From Octopus vulgaris (lineage: Eukaryota), in contig OX597838.1 of NCBI GenBank assembly GCA_951406725.2, positions 14,632,001 through 14,696,000 on the forward strand: a DNA stretch of 64,000 bases, in the 5' to 3' direction. This document shows positions 54,703 to 64,000 of this stretch, one piece after another; position 1 is the stretch's first letter; each line of letters starts with the position of its first letter. The translations under genes and the position numbers were made by a program. The notes below the pieces were generated by a model that saw only the letters and a list, made by a program, of their open reading frames with translations, made no database searches and was not told the origin of the DNA.

Positions 54703-55445
54703 TAATTCAAAACAATGTGAATAAATAAGCATTACATTTGACAGAGAAATCTGAATGTTAAAGGGTTAACCCTTTACCATTGAAACCGGTCATGCCAGGC
54801 CCATTATTCTACCTGTTTTATATTCAAACTGGCAAGATCCAGTCTCTCGCGCTTACCCTACAATATCATTTTAAGCATAAACAGTCATGCCATCAGAATC
54901 TCAAAGCTTGAAGATGATGTGGAATTCATACAAAGTGGTGTGAATAAATACGCAATTACATTTGACAGAATAATCTAAACACTAAATGGTTACATTTAAC
55001 CCTTTCGTTACTGTATTTATTTTGAGATGCTCTGTATTTCTTTCAGTTATTTTAACCCTTTAGTGTTCACATTATTCTGCCAAAATTAATGCTTCTTTAT
55101 CCACATTGTTTTTAATTAATCATGCATTATCTTGTAGCTATGAGATTTTGATGAGGTAGCTGGTAATTTTTAAAACGATATTGTAGGGTTGGTGTGAGAG
55201 ACCTGATCTGGCCAGTTTGAACATAAAACAGGCAGAATACTTTTGGCCGGATATGGCCTGTTTAAATGCTAAAGGGTTAAATATAACGAAGAATTTAGTA
55301 AAATAACTTGGTCATCATTAAGCTAATGTTAAGAACATAAATTACGAGTAAGGTTTAGTGGAAGATTTTAATTCAAAACTTATGAAAATGAGATATTTGT
55401 ATTACAGAGCCAGAGCCGGTTTCAGCCGGGTTGGTATCAAAAGGG
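54703..55445. mobile_element. MITE cluster: partial B, B (54770-54990), and A (55000-55445) containing nested B (55056-55276)
   Basis: Shared TTAA at 54766-69. The nested B is flanked by TTAA 55052-55 and 55277-80 at the attTTAAatataac site seen intact in the 9551 copy. Confidence 0.8.
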
Positions 55446-57482
55446 TTAAATAAGGAAAGCTAAACACGATCTCGTTTTACTAACTCCTTGGACTGTGACT
55501 GTACTGGAGTTGTGTAATAAAACACCACAGGCTAATTTATCTCATAATCTGCTGCTATCTATCCACCATTTCGTTGGCTTTTTTTTACAAAATTATTATT
55601 TTTTTGTAGCAAACTTTTGACTTACTGGTATTGATTGTTGCAGATGGCTGACCTACTTTGTCTGTCACCTCACAACATCTGTTATTTTATTTAAAAACAA
55701 AAAAAAAAAAAACAACTTACAGATTGTTTCAGGTTTTTCAGCTCTACCCATTAAGACCAAACTGGAGCGTTGCCTGCAAAATATATTTTGAATGATTTTT
55801 TTGCATAGGTGTAGGCGTGGCGTGGCTGTGTGGTAAGTTCACTGCCAAACCACATGGTTCCAGGTTCAGTCCCACTGCGTGGCACCTTGGACAAGTGTCT
55901 TCCGCTATAGCCTTGGACCAATCAAAGCCTTTTGAGTGGATTTGGTTGATGGAAACTGAAAGAAGCCTATCATATATGTGTGTGTGTGTGTATCTCTCCC
56001 ACCACTACTTGACAACCAGTGTTGGTATGTTTAAGTCTCCATAACTTAGCAGTCTGGCAAAAGCTACCTATAGAATAAGCACCAGGCTTAAAAAGAATGG
56101 GTTGATTAAATTGGCTAAAATTCTTCAAGGTGATGCTCCAGCATGGCCACTGTCTAATGACTGAAACAAGAGAGAAAATAATAATGATGTTGTAACAAGT
56201 GTTAGATAATAGCAGGTTGTGATTTGAGGGCCCATGTGGCTGCTGTTTCTTGCAGGTCAAGTAAGCCCCAGTAAGATAACCAGCCTCACTCATCCTCAGA
56301 CATGATATAAAAGCCATTGTTATAGGTTAATGTTTCTTAATGTTGAAAGCATTCAATGCTGCTACTCTCAGTGCCAGAACAATTATTTCGATATTTATAG
56401 TAAGGCTCTTTTCTGCTTATCTGCTGGGTAGAATAGTCTGTATTGCAAACACGTCTGTTGTATTGCAAACGCGTCTGTAATATAGCGATGGTGCTTTCAA
56501 TTCACTCAATCTCTCTCTCTCTCTATTTATTGATCCACCTACCTACCAACCTACCTGCCTATCTAGTCGTCTATCTATCTATCTATCTGCCTACCAATAT
56601 ATCTATTTACCTACCTACCTATCTGTCCATCTATCTATCTCCTTGTTTCTATCCGTCTCTATCTATCTATCTTGCTTGTTATTTCTCATGTTCCCTTTCA
56701 TATGCATTCATTTTACTATTGTCTGACATAATAACAATACAATACTTTTTATCTTCTCTATATAATAAATATATAATGGGAACAAAATTGTTGCAGATTA
56801 ATTCCATTGTTCAATATCATCTGATAAATACTAGACATATAAGATAAAAGATTTAAATGATAGAGAAGCTTTTTCATTATAGTCGCTTTGAGAAAGTAAT
56901 TATTATTATTAGTGAGGATTATTTGAATTCAAATATAACTTCGTTATTTACGTCAGTGCTCACCATTTCCTTTTATGTATTTGTTTGCGAAGACATGCAG
57001 CCCAGTGGTAAAGCTATCGCTCTTGCTATCATAAGGTCATGGGTTTGATTCCCAAGCAGGGCGGTGCGTTGTGTTCTTGAGAAAAGTACTTCATTTCATG
57101 TTTTTTCCAGTTCACTCAACGAAAATAAGTGCCATCCTGGTGCTGGTACAGTTCTCCTTTGCTCCAGTTGTCATTGCCCTGATTTTCCACTGGGTTAAGG
57201 ATGGGACGGTCGAGAGGATATCTATGTGGCTTGTAAATATATAGGCAGCCAAAACAAGTTGTGAAGGTATGGCACATGCTACCAAATCATACTTGCATGT
57301 GATCATAAACATATATATATATATATATATATATCTATGGTAGGAAGCTTGCTTCCCAACCATATAGTTCCAGGTTCAGTCCCACTGCATGGCACCCTGG
57401 GCAGGTGTCTTCAACTATAGCCTTGAACTGACCAAAGCCTTGTGAGTGGATTTCGTAGATAGAAACTGAAAGAAGCAGGTCA

Positions 57483-57550
<68 letters not shown>

Positions 57551-59965
57551 AGATGTGTGTGTCTCTTTGTGTCTGTATTTGTCCCCTACCGTCGCTCAAC
57601 AACTGGTGTTGGTGTGTTTACATGCCAGTAACTTAGCAGGTCAGCAAAAGACACCAGTAAAATAAGAATTAGGCTTTAAAAAAAAAATAAGTACAAGGGT
57701 CAACTCATTTGACCAATAATATATATATATATACATACATACATGTGTGTGTTAGTGTGTGGGTGCAATTTTTATTCCACCGATTATAGACTAAAACAGG
57801 TTTTCCTAACCTATAAGTATGGGGTACAAAAAAAGTACATCATTGACTAAAAGAAAAACAAGATTTTCACAGTTCCATGTCTCACAAAAAAAAAAATAAT
57901 AAATAATAATAATAATTTGATCCCACACATCACCACAAATTTTCTAAGCTCCACCGGTGAGGGATATACAGCATGTTGGGAATCACTGGACTAGAGCAAC
58001 ATTGCTCAAGGATACAATGCTTCAACTGGTTAAAGAATTGAACCCACAACCTTATGATCATGAGCCAAGCACCTTAACCACTGGGCCGCCTGCCTTTACT
58101 CCATACACACAGAAAACTACATACACTCCCCACTTCTTTCTATCTGAATCTATGTGCTAGCATTACTTAATCATTAAAACTGTTTTTCTCATCTCATTCT
58201 GAACTTCCACGCACAGATTTATGTTCATAACTCCTGACAGATATCTGTTTCTGCCAGTGAGGTGTGTGTGTGTGTGTGTGTGGCGGTGGTGGATGTGCTA
58301 AAATTGAATTTGAAACTTTCTTCCAAGAAATAGCTCAGTATTATATTGCTGTATGGAGATCTTTGCAAAATCAATTACCTTTTAAAGGCTGGCGCTTGTT
58401 CCCTCTGTCTGTTTTACTGAACTGCTAAGTTATAGGGATGTAAACAAACCAACAGCAGTTAAGTGGTGGTGAGAGGGATAAAGGCACATACACACTTTCT
58501 TCCTCTCTCTTCCTTTCTATCTTCCCTCACTCACACACACACACATACACACCATCATCATCATTATTTAACGTCCATTGTCCATACTGGCATGAGTTGG
58601 TCAGTTTGACCAGAGCTGGCAAGCTGAGGGGCTGCATTAGATTCCAGTTTGACGAAAGAAATTGATAGAATAAGTACTAGTCTTTAGGAAAAAATAAGCC
58701 CTGGGGGTTAATTTGTTTTGCTAAAATCCTTCAAGGCAGTGCTCTAGCATGGCTGCAGTCATATGACCGAAACTAGTAAAAGAATAGAATTATACAGACA
58801 TATACGTTTGGTTACTTTGGCTGCGTAGTTAGCCTTTTATACTACTTGCCAGATAAGTGTACATCTAGTTTAATTGATCCAAAACACTGCTTGAAAGCTC
58901 CAAAATATTCTCTGCAAGAATCTGCCATAATGTCTCTGTTATTCTCATTCTGTTTTCAACTTTATTACATAATACAGCTACTTAGAGTTCTGAAAACAGT
59001 GTTTGTTTTAGTCGCATTAGTTTATTTCTTTTTATTTGTTGTCTGTTTTTGCATCAGTTGTTTGTGGTATTTTTTGCCTTCCATATATCTCTTTGTGGTT
59101 TGTTTATTGTCATTGTTGTTGTTCTTCTTCACACTCGACTTTCGATAATTGTTGTATATCTGATATTTTAAAATGTAGAACACCCGTCAGCACTTGTGTA
59201 ATACCCACAAGTTTTGGTTAACTTACTTATATGGCAATCTGTATCTTGCTTGTCTGTCCCCCCCCACACACACACACACTTTTGGATGTACAAATGGGAG
59301 GAGAAGTGATTATATATGTAAGAGCTTATCTGTTCAAAATTGATAATTCATTTGGCTACTACTGCAACAATTTTGCTTTTTGCATTCATCTGAACATGCA
59401 TATATATACACACACACACACACACATCATCATCATCATATGTCTATTTTCCCATTTTTGCATGAGAAAGAATTTTTTATGGGTTGATGTCCCTCCAGTC
59501 ACCAGCCCTCACCTGTTTCCATTCCCCATAGACAGACATTTTTCATGGAAGACTGGTAATGAACAACGCCACCTGTGTGTTAGTGATACTTGTTTACAAT
59601 CATCATATGTGAAGACAAGGGTACACACACTCACACAATAGGCTTCTTTCAGTTTTCATTAACCAAATCCACTCACAAGGTTTTGGTTAACCGTGGACTA
59701 TAGTAGACAACATTTGCCCATGATGCCACTTCAGCAGTGATTACATATATACAAGCATATATATTTGAGGTTTGCTATTACAATTTGTATGAATCTAGCA
59801 GTTTGTGTAACACTTCTGTTCTAGCTTGGGTCACCTAAACAAACCAACCTACTTTGCTTTATTGTTTGTCTTTGAAGCTGTTACCACTGAAGAGAAAAAT
59901 ACAAAATAGTGTCTTCATGTAATATCATCAGATTTATCTTAAAATCTCAGTTTTTGTTTGTGTAC

Positions 59966-59997
<32 letters not shown>

Positions 59998-60790
59998 CAT
60001 AGAAAAGGCGAGGAACTGTTTTTCTGGCTTTCAGCCAAAGAAAGATCTTAGTCATTTGTTGTTAAGATTGATAATGGTTTTCTGGCATAGAAAACCAACC
60101 AAGCTTTGACCTTTATTTAATACTATCCATCAACTTTCTACAAGAAATTTATGACTCTGATCATTTGTCTCAATCAATACCAAAACGTTGTTGTGTACCC
60201 TGGGTCAGGTTTGATTGATTGAGCCAGCTTGTTGCATGTAAGTTGACCTAGCATGTAGGTTTGATCTATAGTTCTAGATATGCTGAAAGACCATCTACTT
60301 TTGAGGGCCATATTACACATTTGAACATGCAGTGTTGCAATCTGAACGTGTTGTATTTCCTTCAGTCGGTTTATATGTGCCAACATTTTGGTTGTGTTGA
60401 GATGTTAGGCTCTGTAATTATATTTCCATCTAAACCCTAAAATTTCAATGTTTCCACAATGAGCTCACTTCAAGAATCATAAAAATCGAGATGATATTTT
60501 CAAAATGGCACAGCAGTTGGTAACCAAATCCGAGGCACAGGCATTGCTGTGTGGTAAGAAGTTTGCTTCCTAGCCACATGGTTCAGTCACCGCATGGCAC
60601 CTTCAGCATGTGGCCTCTTGTGAGTGGAAACTGAAAGAAGCCCATTGTATATGTGTGTGTTACTGTTTCTTTGCCTCGACATCATGTAATAGTTGTGTCA
60701 TTGATATGCAAGTCGTGTCCTCTGTTTTCAATTTTCTGAGAATATGTCCAGTCATCGCAAAATATTACCTTACTTAGAAACTAATACTAC

Positions 60791-61021
60791 TTATTTCTTT
60801 ACTACCCACAAGGGGCTAAACACAGAGGGGACAAACAAGGACAGACATAGGTATTAAGTCGATTACATTGACCCCAGTGCGCAACTGGTACTTAATTTAT
60901 CGGCCCCCGAAAGGATGAAAGGCAAAGTCGACCTCAGCGGAATTTGAACTCACAACGTTACGCCAGACGAAATACCGCTAAGCATTTCGCCCGGCACGCT
61001 AACGTTTCTGCCAGCTCGCCG
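60791..61021 (-). mobile_element. Deu/Nin-domain SINE (family 2)
   Basis: Reverse complement of the 53075 copy. Older copies cluster at 29660-30190 (-) and 31705-32575 (+). Confidence 0.75.
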
Positions 61022-61545
61022 TGGTAAAACTGAACCCAAGACCACACGGTTGGGAAGCAAGCTTCTCAATCAAACAGCCATACCTATTGTTGTAGTAAAT
61101 TACATAAACCTTGCTAACTCCTTGTCTTATCATCCACCATCATTGCAAGGTTTGTTTTCTTTGTTACCATTCTTCATTTAGAACGCATTGTTTATCGACA
61201 TTCCTTTACAAGCTTCTTACTCTTCCACTTTGTCTTGCTGGGTTTCTTTGCTTTTCTTCTTCTTTTTTTTTTCTGTTGCGGCATCATTCTGTTATGAATT
61301 TCTTCGCACTTATGTTTGTTTCAGTAGAAAGTAGCTCTGTGGAGTGCCCGAGAAGGAGGCCTTGCTCATTAACTTCGAAAGCATTTATTAAAAGCTGAAC
61401 GAGTATTTCGGAGTTGTACTGCTTTGGTATGAGACTTGATCTGAGAATGTTTGTTGATACTAAGAATTATGTTAGCCATTTGAAGCACACACACACACAC
61501 CTAGATACCTACTTTATGTATATATGCAGTGTGCATGCATATATC

Positions 61546-61596
<51 letters not shown>

Positions 61597-61598
<2 letters not shown>

Positions 61599-61762
61599 TT
61601 TTTTCTCTCCTTGTTTCTTTTCTGTGTATCTTTCTGTCGAAGAGCGTAGGCTCGAAATGTAAAAGACATTTTCTTTTTCTATTCCTGAGCGTTATACTAA
61701 TACACTTGTTTGTTTGTACCCCACCTGCCTTCGTCTTTTGTTTATTTTCGTAAACTTTCCCG

Positions 61763-61767
<5 letters not shown>
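61597..61767 (+). mobile_element. Penelope-like terminal fragment with variant hammerhead motif (61629-61666)
   Basis: Flanked by (TA)n on both sides. Motif tcttt-CTGTCGAA-GAGC-gtag-GCTC-GAAA-tGTA-aaaga, with stem I tcttt/aaaga and an A6U core variant. Confidence 0.55.
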
Positions 61768-61799
<32 letters not shown>

Positions 61800-62208
61800 T
61801 CCTCATTATCATTTAATGGATGTTAAATGATGACCTATATATGCAAACACATTACTAACTGTATCCAAATTCACTGGCCCTTTTGAGTTATTTTCTTCTG
61901 GTTCCTTTCTGTTTTAATTATGCAAATTTCCTTCGGCCAAGATTGTTCACTACTCTTTCTTGTATATATGTCAACCTGTCTAAATGTGTTTGCAGACAAG
62001 AAGTCAATATTATATAAATGTTGTCTATTGAAGCAGAAACAATGTCCATGTCTGCTCTTTGTTTCCAAAACAACAAAATACAAATGTCCTTTTGTCTTTG
62101 CATATTAATTCATTTCTTGACAATATCTTTTATTCTGACTCGGTCACTAACAATCACTTTTAGTTTTACCTTTTCATCCACAAAGAAAAATTTTGATATT
62201 TGGTATAC

Positions 62209-62292
62209 CTTCGGTCAAACTGTTATCCTGATGCAAAATTTTAATATAAGCGGAAGCATCACTAACACATCTCTTGAATTTTTGTTGATGAA
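62209..62292 (-). CDS. Candidate exon (84 nt, phase 1-1): HQQKFKRCVSDASAYIKILHQDNSLTE
   Basis: catttcacttttcAG acceptor, AAG|GTATAC donor; alternatively reads through to a stop at 62174. Confidence 0.2.
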
Positions 62293-62430
62293 CTGAAAAG
62301 TGAAATGTGGATTTGTCGAGTGTCTACTTTAAGCTTTATATTGAGTACATTTTTTGCTCATGTTCGTATGCAATAAAATGCATGCATGTGCACACATGCA
62401 TGTGTGTATGTGTATTATATATATATATAT

Positions 62431-62645
62431 TTTCAAAATGTGACCGCGTGTGTACCGTTGGCGATTTATTTTTTCCCTCTGTCTTCCCTTCTCTGGATCT
62501 TTCCTTCTCCTATGTTTACGACGAAGAGCTCCGCTCGAAACGTTAAACCCCTCCTTCTTTCCTGAGCGTCCAATAATATTATATTTGTTCCACGTCCTCG
62601 CGTTGTTGTGTTTTCTCTTTGTGTTTTCATGTTTGGATTAACTTT
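62431..62645 (+). mobile_element. Penelope-like terminal fragment with variant hammerhead motif (62514-62548)
   Basis: Flanked by TA tracts. Motif gttt-ACGACGAA-GAGC-tcc-GCTC-GAAA-cGTT-aaac. Shares downstream ttcctgagcgt with the 61597 element. Confidence 0.55.
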
Positions 62646-63425
62646 ATATATGATGATATATATTTGATAATAAGGAGAATGAAGAATTTGAACACTCTAA
62701 CTTTGGTTATTTCCAGTTAGTTTATTCATGGTAATTGTCTGACATGTGTTTCAGTTGCATTAACTGCATATTGTTGCATTTTTATGTGCAGTGATTTATG
62801 CATTATTAGTACAATCTCTTGAGGGTGTATAAGTATGACATTGTTCAAAGTCTACCAAAAAACGCACCATCTGAAGGAACCAGTCTTGTCATTTTACTAA
62901 GAGAAATTCAGCATCTGCCTGGATATTGTACCCCTTCTCTTACTATATGTGTGTCTGTACGTAGTTGTATGTATATGCAGAGTAGATGAAACCATGGCGA
63001 CTGAAGAAGGGGAATTTTCCTTGTGTTATTTGTCCTGTACTCTATTTTTTCGTTGTTTAAGAAAAATGTCCAGTTCCTTGGTTTTGCGTTTATGATTTCG
63101 TTTCTCATTGTGTTCGACGTTTTTTTTTGGTGTCCTGTACCCATATATGCGTGTATATATATATGTATGTAGAGGTAGGTACGTACATGTATGTATGTAT
63201 ATATGCATATGTTTTATTTATTAATTCATTGTATGTATATGCATATATATATTCATTTGTATGTACATGCTGAAATTGTGTGTGTGTCTGTGTGTTTTGC
63301 CTGTTTTGAATTTTGGGTGCTAGTTGTAAAATGTGCATCACTGTTATACAAGCAGTGTCCTTCCGTTTCCAGTCTTCTTCTTGAAGAAATATTACCCTGC
63401 TTTGAAATGTGTGAGGGTCGGTGAC

Positions 63426-63839
63426 AGGAAGGGCATTTGGCTGTAAAAAAATCTGCCTCAGTGAATTCCATCAGGAAGGGCATTTGGCTGTAAAAAATCA
63501 GCCTCGTTGAATTCCATCAGGAAGGGCATTTGGCTGTAAAAAATCAGCCTCGTTGAATTCCATCAGGAAGGGCATTTGGCTGTAAAAAATCAGACTCGTT
63601 GAATTCCATCAGGAAGGGCATTTGGCTGTAAAAAATCAGCCTCGTTGAATTCCATCAGGAAGGGCATTTGGCTGTAAAAATCAGCCTCAGTGAATTCCAT
63701 CAGGAAGGGCATTTGGCTGTAAAAAATCAGCCTCGTTGAATTCCATCAGGAAGGGCATTTGGCTGTAAAAAATCAGCCTCGTTGAATTCCATCAGGAAGG
63801 GCATTTGGCTGTAAAAAATCAGCCTCGTTGAATTCCATC
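63426..63839. repeat. Tandem array, 46 bp unit x9, inside a SINE
   Basis: aggaagggcatttggctgtaaaaaatcagcctcgttgaattccatc repeated head to tail with no spacers. Confidence 0.97.
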
Positions 63840-64000
63840 TGGCCCATGCAACGCTTTGAAAATTGGACATTAAATGATGGTGATGTTGATGATGGGATAT
63901 AACGAGCAATTGCAGTGTTAAATGTGATAATCATTTAAACATTTGTATATTTTTATTTGTTTGTTTGTTATAGTGTGTGATAGTATAACATTGTTGATAA

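Noticed and set aside
63426-63839. CRISPR-like array
   Set aside because: Units are contiguous with no unique spacers, derive from a SINE, and there are no cas genes.

Overview
AT-rich eukaryotic DNA dominated by microsatellites and interspersed repeats. The repeat families look to me like those of an octopod cephalopod (recognition only, not tested). No complete protein-coding gene, rRNA, tRNA or CRISPR array is supported, and all long ORFs in the track are translations of (TA/TATG/CA)n tracts or SINEs. The window contains: about 20 copies of a tRNA-headed CORE-type SINE; Deu/Nin-domain SINEs; SINEs with an RTE-like (GAT)n tail; decayed RTE and CR1-group LINE fragments; two TTAA-targeting piggyBac-type MITE families, with three nested insertions; and two young SINE-derived tandem arrays (180 bp x5 and 46 bp x9). 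A few short splice-flanked open segments may be exons of a large, intron-rich gene. The most notable signal is a set of short inserts inside (TA)n tracts that carry hammerhead-ribozyme motifs, including one canonical type I core at 12610-12702. Several of these inserts have a recurring fold-back structure, consistent with Penelope-like retroelement ends. Coordinates were read by eye and may be off by a few bases.
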